Assembly (NCBI GenBank): GCA_050295515.1
Contig: JBNKPU010000207.1
Location: 1,358 to 65,357, forward strand
Length of the DNA stretch: 64,000 nt
From: Bacteroidales bacterium
Lineage (GTDB): Bacteria; Bacteroidota; Bacteroidia; Bacteroidales; UBA10428
Reading direction: 5' to 3'
A model generated the notes under the pieces. It made no database searches. It was given only the letters and a program-made list of their open reading frames with translations, and was not told the DNA's origin. Each line of letters begins with the position of its first letter. The stretch's first letter is position 1. This document shows, one piece after another, positions 51,630 through 59,826 of the stretch. A program made the position numbers and the translations under genes.

Positions 51630-52831
51630 ATTAGCTCATCTTTTAATTTCATAAGTATAATTATTGGATTATCTTCTGGAGTAATTGTACCTAGCCCTTC
51701 AACTATTTTATATTTTTCGCCAGGACTATACATAAACTCATTAGCAGGTATAATAATATTTATCAGATAATTTTCATGCCAGATTTCATGATATATATTA
51801 CTGCTTCTTGTACTAAAGGTCACATAGGCTGGAAAATCGGATATGTCATTTTCTATCATCCTGGCATGAAATGTTTGATTCTTTTCTTTTAAAACTATAT
51901 ACTCTGCTGGATATCTATTGTCTTTGCTTTCAAAAAAGTTATATGTTATAGCCAAAATTTTTGTGTTATTTATTGTCAGCACAGGTAAAAAAGCTTTACC
52001 CTCAGCCTTTTCATTAAGATAAGCCATTTGCTCTTTAATTGATTGCTTCCCTATAGAGTTGTCTATCCCATAACCCCCAAAATCTACAGAAAACACTGGA
52101 AAAGCTGTTAAATCCTGTATCTGATAAAAATTATTGTCATACATTATCGAAACGAACAGTTCATTCTTGTCATTGATTGTTAAATTCTCTTTAATAGCAG
52201 AAAATGAAAGATTATTATTATCGATTTTTTTATCAAACAAGGTTTTCTTTACTTTGTTGTTTCTAACTATAACAAGGCCAGCATTAGTCTTCTTTCCATT
52301 AATAATATTCTGGTTTTGTTGTGTGGCAAAATAATATGTGTTATTGATTTTTCTTGAAGAATTAGAAAATACAGGATCCATATCATTTTTATCAATAAGG
52401 TTAAAGGATAAGTTCGAATATTTTATAAATTTTCCTCTCCTGGTAAATACTTCAATAAATTCTTCATTATCATCAATAAAAACTCCAGCGAAATTTAAAT
52501 ATTCATCAGGACCCTTGCCTCTTTTATCTAATTTCGAAACATAATTTCCCTGTTTATCAAATACAAAAACCACCATCTGACTTACATCACACGCGTATAT
52601 ATATTTATTTTTAATTATTAATTTTGCAATCCTGCCCATCACACAATTTGAATCTGTTTGCAGTCTAATGTATTTTACAGAATCAACAAACTCAGACAGC
52701 TTAACCTTTTCTTGTGCTTCTATTGGATTAATTTCTAAAATATTTAAACTGCTATTTGTTTTGTTTTCAGCATTGCATCCTGATATCAGTAGTCCAATAA
52801 ACAAAAAACCAATAATTATCTTCATATCCAT
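51626..52831 (-). CDS. Cassette C: 6-bladed beta-propeller lipoprotein
   Basis: Lipobox LLISGC, GKGPDEY, VVFVFDKQGNY, C-terminal DNPIIIL. Confidence 0.75.
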   Translation of the reverse strand: MDMKIIIGFLFIGLLISGCNAENKTNSSLNILEINPIEAQEKVKLSEFVDSVKYIRLQTDSNCVMGRIAKLIIKNKYIYACDVSQMVVFVFDKQGNYVSKLDKRGKGPDEYLNFAGVFIDDNEEFIEVFTRRGKFIKYSNLSFNLIDKNDMDPVFSNSSRKINNTYYFATQQNQNIINGKKTNAGLVIVRNNKVKKTLFDKKIDNNNLSFSAIKENLTINDKNELFVSIMYDNNFYQIQDLTAFPVFSVDFGGYGIDNSIGKQSIKEQMAYLNEKAEGKAFLPVLTINNTKILAITYNFFESKDNRYPAEYIVLKEKNQTFHARMIENDISDFPAYVTFSTRSSNIYHEIWHENYLINIIIPANEFMYSPGEKYKIVEGLGTITPEDNPIIILMKLKDELI

Positions 52832-52928
52832 AATTGTAATTTTAGTTTTAATTGTCTTTGCTCAGAAGGAGCAAAAACGTGATTTAGTTTAGTTCGTAAT
52901 TGCATCAAAAAATTTCTTATTAAAAGAT

Positions 52929-52953
52929 AGGTGCTCTATTAAAACGAGCACCT
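52929..52953 (-). terminator. Hairpin with U-rich tail after peptide C
   Basis: Minus strand reads AGGTGCTC-GTTTTAATA-GAGCACCT followed by ATCTTTTAAT, 9 nt after the stop at 52962. Confidence 0.5.
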
Positions 52954-52961
52954 GTCATTAT

Positions 52962-53234
52962 TTATTCACATGTACATCCCCAATCATTACATACTGGGGT
53001 GGTTTCACCATCGCAGAATGTTGCTGTGCAATCAACTCTTTGCTTATATTCCCATTTACCAGTATTCGGATTATAAACATATTCAGTTATATACTTTGAA
53101 CACGAATTACAACTTGAACCTTCTGACTGTGCAAAAGCTATTGTTTGATTTGCATCATTTGTGAAAACTTGAACATTAACAAATAATACAGTAAGGACTG
53201 CAAGTGAACTTATACTTATTAAAATTTTCGTATC
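52962..53234 (-). pseudogene. Cassette C: Cys-rich peptide gene lacking a canonical start codon
   Basis: Own translation: (PDT)KILISISSLAVLTVLFVNVQVFTNDANQTIAFA|QSEGSSCNSCSKYITEYVYNPNTGKWEYKQRVDCTATFCDGETTPVCNDWGCTCE*. There is no ATG/GTG/TTG between the in-frame TGA (53235-53237) and the hydrophobic segment. It is absent from the ORF track. Confidence 0.45.
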
Positions 53235-53453
53235 AGGTCAGTTTAGGTCAACAAATAGAGCTTTCAGATTTGCCGTATTAAGATCTGTCGCAGATACGGT
53301 GTTGAAAAATGACATGAATGTTCTAAACTCGTTGAAAATTATTGCTGGCTTGCAAACTGATCTGCAACCATTTTTTTAATTATAGTGCGCATTCTAAGAT
53401 AAGTATGAATTACTGTACGTCTAATAATTTCTCAGCGCTAATGCTAATAAAAC

Positions 53454-54098
53454 CTAATTATAAAAATCATCCTTATTTCGTGAATATAACTTAGAAATTG
53501 ATCTTAGATATTTTTGAGTTAAGTTACTGTCAATCTCATTTGTTTGAAACAAGAAATGAATACTAAAATCTTTATCCAACATCATAAGGTAATTCTGATA
53601 CATTTCTAAATCCGGTATATTCAGTGAAGTACAATAAGATTTAACACCTATTAATCTTTCATAGACACCTATTTCAGCTTTTCTCTTACTATCTATCAAT
53701 ACAACCATGCCTGTCTCGGAGATTCTATCATTTTCTTTTCTCAAAAGTAACATAAGATCATCAATACAGGTTCTACATGAAATACCAGATGAATAGAGCA
53801 CTAGCAATGGTAAATCATTTTTTAGATCAGCCAAATCCCGTTTATTGTTATCTTTATCAAATAGAGTAGCTGTACTATCTAAATAATACTTATCGTATTT
53901 TATAAAATCAAACAGCCTATTTTCCATCTGGCTTATTATTTCTTCTTTTTCTTTCAGTAAACTTATCTGATTAATATTTTGTTGAGTTCGCTGATACTTT
54001 TCCTTAAAATACAAAAAAAGCAAATTACAGCACAGGAGGAAAAAGAATAAAAAAATAAAAATTACAACCCCCTTCTTTTTTAACACTGAATTATTCAT
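53454..54098 (-). CDS. Cassette D: membrane-anchored thioredoxin-fold CxxC protein
   Basis: TM anchor; LPLLVLYSSGISCRTCIDDL (CxxC). Confidence 0.65.
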   Translation of the reverse strand: MNNSVLKKKGVVIFIFLFFFLLCCNLLFLYFKEKYQRTQQNINQISLLKEKEEIISQMENRLFDFIKYDKYYLDSTATLFDKDNNKRDLADLKNDLPLLVLYSSGISCRTCIDDLMLLLRKENDRISETGMVVLIDSKRKAEIGVYERLIGVKSYCTSLNIPDLEMYQNYLMMLDKDFSIHFLFQTNEIDSNLTQKYLRSISKLYSRNKDDFYN

Positions 54099-54100
54099 AC

Positions 54101-55252
54101 CTATAACCCGTTTAATTCATATATTAGCAAAATTGGATTGGAATTAATATTAACCTTTATTTTCTCAAGAGCTTCAAATGTTTGTTTTGATATCATTCCA
54201 TCAGCATAAAGACTGCCTAACTCCTTTAAATAAAATGGCTCCAGGATGCAAACAAATTTGTTGTTGTTTGTGCAATTTATTTGTGTAAATGGGTTCATTC
54301 CCCCACATACAAATCCGCCGGTTTTTTTTGAAAAAAACAATTGTTTTATTTCCCCTTTTTGAATAAAGGTAAAATAGTAGTAATCTTTAGTCTCATGGAA
54401 ATTGTCAATCCCAACAGCGTAGTCACTATTCATATTATAGTCATGAATTTGTAAGGCAACCTCTTTACTAAAACCTTTGTCAATCTGGGCATCGTCGAGG
54501 GTGTTGCCCCCAAAATCGATGTGTACGTTCTCAAATAGAGAATCGTTTGCAATCTTGTAAATTGTATACGAACCAAAAGTTGGCCTTAGGTTAATGCCAT
54601 TATAACATGAATTAAACTGTTTACCTTCATAGATTATTCTTTTCAGGGGCAGATATTTATTCTCCAGCATTTTTCCTTTAGAAGACATTGTATAGATTAA
54701 AAAAGGCATTGATTTTTCATTTCTTTGCACACCAAAAGATCCTTGCCACAAATAAAACACACTACTGTTGAAACTTGCCATTTGTAGTGGGTTTAAAAAC
54801 TCGTCCTTATTTTTAATTTTAACAGATTTAACAAACCTTCCATTTAAAGTATACATAAGAATACGTTGATAAGACAACAAACATATAAGACTGTCTTCTG
54901 TTACTGAAAAATCCCTTAGCTCAATGAATTCACCTTCTCCCCGTCCCTTTGCACCTATCCGTTGAATAAAATTGCCTTCCGGTCCAAATACCAAAAGCGA
55001 ATGAGTCTGTAGGTCCTGAATAAAATATCTGTTAAACTTAAACATAGCTTTTTTTACCGAACCAATTAATAACAGTTCACTAGTCTCCAATTGTTTGACA
55101 TCAATTATGTTTAATTTTTCTTTTAAATCATTATTTGCCCCCCTTGATAAATCAATTTTTATTACTTTCTCCGATTTCTTAATTGATGATTGATTGCTTT
55201 GTGAACAAGAAGCAAAACTAATGACAATAGCCACAATAACTAAATTTCTCAT
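54101..55252 (-). CDS. Cassette D: 6-bladed beta-propeller lipoprotein
   Basis: Lipobox ISFASC, GRGEGEF variant of the GPGEY motif, LLVFGPEGNF, C-terminal SNPILLI. Confidence 0.75.
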   Translation of the reverse strand: MRNLVIVAIVISFASCSQSNQSSIKKSEKVIKIDLSRGANNDLKEKLNIIDVKQLETSELLLIGSVKKAMFKFNRYFIQDLQTHSLLVFGPEGNFIQRIGAKGRGEGEFIELRDFSVTEDSLICLLSYQRILMYTLNGRFVKSVKIKNKDEFLNPLQMASFNSSVFYLWQGSFGVQRNEKSMPFLIYTMSSKGKMLENKYLPLKRIIYEGKQFNSCYNGINLRPTFGSYTIYKIANDSLFENVHIDFGGNTLDDAQIDKGFSKEVALQIHDYNMNSDYAVGIDNFHETKDYYYFTFIQKGEIKQLFFSKKTGGFVCGGMNPFTQINCTNNNKFVCILEPFYLKELGSLYADGMISKQTFEALEKIKVNINSNPILLIYELNGL

Positions 55253-55266
55253 TTATTTTATCTTTA

Positions 55267-55298
55267 AAAGCCTAAAAAGGAGAACCTTTTTAGGCTTT
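55267..55298 (-). promoter_or_regulatory. Strong hairpin between peptide D and propeller D
   Basis: Perfect 14-bp stem AAAGCCTAAAAAGG / CCTTTTTAGGCTTT with a 4-nt loop, 21 nt after the peptide D stop. Confidence 0.55.
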
Positions 55299-55318
55299 AT
55301 TGTTTTTTTTAATTTCAA

Positions 55319-55627
55319 TCAATAACAAGTACCTGGAACGCAGTCTGTGTCAACACATGTAGTCCCTTCGTTTAGATAACAAGCTATATATAAACCCGGG
55401 ATGTATTTATGCTGGTAAGGGTGCCAAAAAGCACAATTCTGACAACTTCCCCCCCTTGGAGTATCTCCATTCTCATTTTGAGCTAGTGCCAATTTAAATA
55501 AGCTATGAAGATTAGTGTCTTGGTCACTTGTATTCATATTGTTAAATGCCAATCCAATAGCTACATTAACAAATAAAGCTAGTGCTAAGGCAGCAAAAAA
55601 TGTTCTTTTCTTGTTATTCTGTTTCAT
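55319..55627 (-). CDS. Cassette D: small secreted Cys-rich peptide precursor (NVEALA-like leader)
   Basis: 102 aa: TM/signal, leader ..NLHSLFKLALA|QNENGD, six-Cys region SCQNCAFWHPYQHKYIPGLYIACYLNEGTTCVDTDCVPGTCY. Confidence 0.7.
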   Translation of the reverse strand: MKQNNKKRTFFAALALALFVNVAIGLAFNNMNTSDQDTNLHSLFKLALAQNENGDTPRGGSCQNCAFWHPYQHKYIPGLYIACYLNEGTTCVDTDCVPGTCY

Positions 55628-55784
55628 TTCTCTATTTTTATTAGATAATTGATTTTTACACTATATTATTAATGCCATCATAAAGCATTAATGCATAATT
55701 AAATTTTTTCAATCACAGCAAACAATTTTGAATAGCCCAAAAGTTCTATATTGAAATCTGTAATTTATATTTATTATTTACCTT

Positions 55785-56631
55785 ATCTTTGTCACCTCAC
55801 CACCTTTCTTCTTTGTCCGCCATAGCAATGCGATGGCGGATTGGGTTTAGGAGCCGGGCAGGACAAACCTGGTATCGCAAATACTCCTGAGTTTGTTCCT
55901 GCCTTTTTTGTCTCCATTTTTATAGTTGTTTAAATTTCTTGTGCATGTAAATTTTTGCAATAACAATACATAGTCATTTCTTAAACCTTACGTTAAGGAA
56001 ATAGTAAAATCAAATTGTTATGTTTAATATTCTTTAGCCGAAAAGTCAATTAGAAAAACCAAAGCCTAAGTATACATGAATAAAAGAAGCATATTCATTT
56101 AATAAAATGTAGCAGGTGGCACAATAGTTCAAAAAAAAGACAATTAACGGTTTATTTTACATTTAGGTTTTTATTTTCATTTTTAAGTTGGGTTTCAGAT
56201 TTATTTATGTATGGATTTTAGTATTATTTCATTTGTTGAAGAATTAACATGTTAATGTTGACTCCGATTTTAGGTTTTGTAAACATGAAATACTATGTTA
56301 CAATTTTGATGTTTTCGAACTTAATTATATAATTTTCAGAATCTACTTTACTTCTAATAATATCTTGATTTTATACAACACAAAAGTCATGTAAGACAAA
56401 TATAGAGAGAATCTATTCATGCGCAATTGTACCTGGGTAACAAAAAAAAGTATTTTCGTAACATTTCACCCTGAAAACTGCTTATATAGTGTCATTGTTA
56501 TAATCGTTTCTTTCTGCAATCCTTTTTATTAATTCTACAATTTGATCAATATTTTATTTTCGTATCTAAATAATTCGTAGCTCATATTTAGTTTATTATT
56601 CCTAAAGGTGTATGAGGGAATTTATATTAAA
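55785..56631. repeat. Long non-coding direct repeat, copy R2
   Basis: Collinear with 49571-50403, with the same left edge at the TATCTTTG box and the same right edge ...GAGGGAATKTATATTAAA. Confidence 0.85.
55797..55909 (+). ncRNA. Candidate small RNA or structured element inside R2
   Basis: Same -7 box (55784-55791), same two hairpins, and a terminator stem (55857-55903) followed by T6. Substitutions relative to R1 fall in loops or outside stems. Confidence 0.35.
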
Positions 56632-56875
56632 ACCATTTTTAAATGTCTGGTTTATGCTCTTTTGCCCTCTATTGTCAGTTATGGTAATAAAGGTTGTTTA
56701 TGAAATTCTAACCTCTCTGAGAATTCAATAGTTTTTCTAGAATTCATTTTTGACAAAAAATCAAAATATTGCCTTCTCGCTTAGTAGATAGTAGAGATTG
56801 AAAAATGCTTTTTTACTTATAGACCTTTTGGGGGGAACATTTCAGGGAATTGTCTACTAAAAAAAACATATTCTC

Positions 56876-59770
56876 ATGAAAAAATTCGCGTTCATATTTA
56901 TGTTCAAACTCATGGCCCTGGCCATTTACTGCCAGACGGTGGTTGTAGAAGGTACACTCCGTGATCATGAAGGAAATCCCCTTATCGGTGCCAATATCAA
57001 GATAAAAGGAACTGCCAAGGGCACTGTAGCCAATATTGATGGCAACTATTCACTTGAAGCACCGGTAGGTTCAATATTGGTAGTTTCATATATTGGATAC
57101 CAGCCAATGGAGTTCGAAGTAACCGAAAAAGGCAATGCCAAACTTGTTAAAAAAATGGCAAATGCCCGAAATACACCTGAGAACAAAAATATATACCCTC
57201 AGACCAAAGTGTACTATGGGGCGGAGCCTGACACAACGGGCTTGAACCATGACCCTAAAAATGGTGTTGCCATTATGTCCAATCAATTGAAATATAAAAT
57301 AACAGGAAATAGTACTTCTCTTGAATATCTGAAATACAAAGGCATCCGCAGGTATAACAAAAGTGAGTTCCTTGTTTTTAAGGGCCACAAAGAGCAAAGG
57401 TATTACGAACCTAAAATCGTGTTTTCATCAACCTGCCTGATAAATAAAGTAAACTCTTTGCCCCAACTTCAACATACTTATGCCCAGGGCTGCCCTGTAA
57501 ATGGCGAACTAAAATGGATGGGACCCGAAAGTGAAAGCTTGTTTGCCTGGGGACCGGCCCTTTCTCAACTCGAATTCGATGGTTCAAAATATCCCTATGA
57601 CAAAAATGGCAGCTTGGTTCCTTTGTTTATGGGAAAAGGTAAAGATGCCAACACATACAATCCCTATTCTTTTTTTCAAAATGGCATGCAGTTCAGGAAC
57701 AATATCAGGATAGAACACCTTATCCGCAAGACCAAGTATTATATTGCTTTCAGGAACAACCACCAGAAAGATATTATTCCCTTGTCACAATTTGGACGCA
57801 ACACGTTGGAAGCAGGCTTTAAGACAGATTTTTCAAAACTGACACTGGAAGGAAATCTCACCTTATCGGATGTAAAAAGCAAGCACAGCGGGGGAAGAAG
57901 TATTAGGTACCATATTTTAAAATCGGTATTGCTTACTCCTCCTACCTTCGATAACTCAAATGCTTTAGGCAATGAGGCAGCAAACAACAGCGAAGCCTAT
58001 TATACGTACCTGGAAAGTCCAAGAAGTGCTGCTATAAACCTCACTGACAATCCCTATTGGCTGATCAACAACTCACAGGACCAATTGAATGCCCGAATGG
58101 CTCTCGGTTCAATTAAAGCTAGCTATAAGCTAAATGATCAGGTCAGCCTCAACATTGTAACACATGCCGACAACCAGTCAAAAAAACAGAGAGCGGGCAT
58201 TAACAGCGGATCTTTCCTCTTTCCTGAAGGAAGGTTCTACAAACAAACAAACAACATATCGTCTTATGGTTCAGATATATCTGTGGATAAGCTCGAATAC
58301 AAATCTGGTGATTTTCGGTTCACAGGACGCATGCATTATCAGTTCAATAAGGAACATGCAGGGCTCGATAGCGAGCATCATGCATCTTACCCAATTCTTA
58401 TAGACGAGGAAAGCACTCCCTACAATTATGATAATACCCGGACTACTAACCGGGTAAATACAAAACTGCAACTGAAATACAGAGATATTGTCCTGCTTTC
58501 TGCACAAGGACAAGAAGTTTTCTTTTCAGATATTGGAGATCATAAGGGATTTATTGGTGCATCTATTTCAGGTGGGGTGATCCTGTCAGAAATATACGGT
58601 TTCAGAGGAAACCTGAATTTTATGGACCATCTTAAGCTATATGGATCGTTTGGAAATGATTTTAAAGCTCCTCCCCTGTTTTCAGATGCTGTGCAATATT
58701 CGTCTGTTGCTTTATCTGCAGATGAACTGAACAATTTTTTCCCTACCCGGGAAATAGTATATGACCAGACACTTCTACCTGAAAATATCAGGACGCTCAA
58801 TATCGGTATGGACCTGGTCGTTTTTTGGAACAGACTGGGTTTAACCATCAACTGGTACAATAAAAACACGACTGATGCCATACTGCCCGATTACGGAACT
58901 GATCAAGAAATAAGGCTTAAGAACCTGGGCGATCTAAGAAGCCGGGGCTTTGAATTCACTTTAAATGCAAATTTCCACTCAAGGGGTTGGAGGTTCATGA
59001 ACGAACTGAACCTGACCACGGGCCAGACTCTGGTAACTTCCCTTTACAATGGGCTGGAATCGATACCCCTGGCCGGTTTCGGGTTTGTCTCATCCAATGC
59101 CACTATAGGAGAGCCCCTGGGTGTGCTTGTGGGTACAGCCTTTCAGCGCGATCTTGCGGGTGAAATCCTGATTGATGGTTCAGGTTACCCTCTTGTTGGT
59201 TCGGAAAAAAAAGTATTGGGGAATCCAGCCCCAACATGGACAGCAGGCCTTTTAAACAACATAAGCTATAGAAACCTCGATTTTTCTGTTATCTGGGAAA
59301 TGAAACACGGGGGTAAGATCTGGAACGGAACAAAGGCAAGTCTGGACTATTATGGACTTTCAGCATCAACAGCTGAACAGAGAGATGTACGCAACTATGT
59401 CTTTGCTGGAAATACAGCCGATGGAAACCCAAATACCAAAAGTGTCGATTTTGCCAACCCGAACAACAGCCTTGAAACTAATCGCTGGGTTAGATATGGA
59501 GTAGCCGGTGTAGCCGAAGAATATATCGAGGATGCAGGCTGGTTACGCATCAGGGATCTGTCAGCTTCATATTCACTAAGAAACATCAATTTTTGGTCTT
59601 TCAGGGAAATAAAAATTGGCCTGCACATAAACAATATTGTACTTGTCCAGAAATATTCAGGCGTCGACCCTGAAAGTGCATTATTTGGCCAGCCTGGCGG
59701 CAGGAGCCTGGATTATTTCAACATGCCTTCGAGCAAGAGCTATGGCATTTCACTCGAAATCAGATTATAA
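56876..59770 (+). CDS. SusC/RagA-like TonB-dependent outer-membrane barrel with CarboxypepD_reg N-domain but no recognisable Plug
   Basis: N-terminus VVVEGTLRDHEGNPLIGANIKIKGTAKGTVANIDGNYSL (carboxypeptidase-regulatory-like). Barrel-type alternating pattern to the C-terminus ..SYGISLEIRL. Residues from about 90 to 200 lack Plug motifs (no IRG / VDG / TonB box). Confidence 0.7.
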   Translation: MKKFAFIFMFKLMALAIYCQTVVVEGTLRDHEGNPLIGANIKIKGTAKGTVANIDGNYSLEAPVGSILVVSYIGYQPMEFEVTEKGNAKLVKKMANARNTPENKNIYPQTKVYYGAEPDTTGLNHDPKNGVAIMSNQLKYKITGNSTSLEYLKYKGIRRYNKSEFLVFKGHKEQRYYEPKIVFSSTCLINKVNSLPQLQHTYAQGCPVNGELKWMGPESESLFAWGPALSQLEFDGSKYPYDKNGSLVPLFMGKGKDANTYNPYSFFQNGMQFRNNIRIEHLIRKTKYYIAFRNNHQKDIIPLSQFGRNTLEAGFKTDFSKLTLEGNLTLSDVKSKHSGGRSIRYHILKSVLLTPPTFDNSNALGNEAANNSEAYYTYLESPRSAAINLTDNPYWLINNSQDQLNARMALGSIKASYKLNDQVSLNIVTHADNQSKKQRAGINSGSFLFPEGRFYKQTNNISSYGSDISVDKLEYKSGDFRFTGRMHYQFNKEHAGLDSEHHASYPILIDEESTPYNYDNTRTTNRVNTKLQLKYRDIVLLSAQGQEVFFSDIGDHKGFIGASISGGVILSEIYGFRGNLNFMDHLKLYGSFGNDFKAPPLFSDAVQYSSVALSADELNNFFPTREIVYDQTLLPENIRTLNIGMDLVVFWNRLGLTINWYNKNTTDAILPDYGTDQEIRLKNLGDLRSRGFEFTLNANFHSRGWRFMNELNLTTGQTLVTSLYNGLESIPLAGFGFVSSNATIGEPLGVLVGTAFQRDLAGEILIDGSGYPLVGSEKKVLGNPAPTWTAGLLNNISYRNLDFSVIWEMKHGGKIWNGTKASLDYYGLSASTAEQRDVRNYVFAGNTADGNPNTKSVDFANPNNSLETNRWVRYGVAGVAEEYIEDAGWLRIRDLSASYSLRNINFWSFREIKIGLHINNIVLVQKYSGVDPESALFGQPGGRSLDYFNMPSSKSYGISLEIRL

Positions 59771-59826
59771 GAATCTGTTGTTAAAAACACTGACGACAAA
59801 GTACTTATCACTAAAACAATAAAGCT

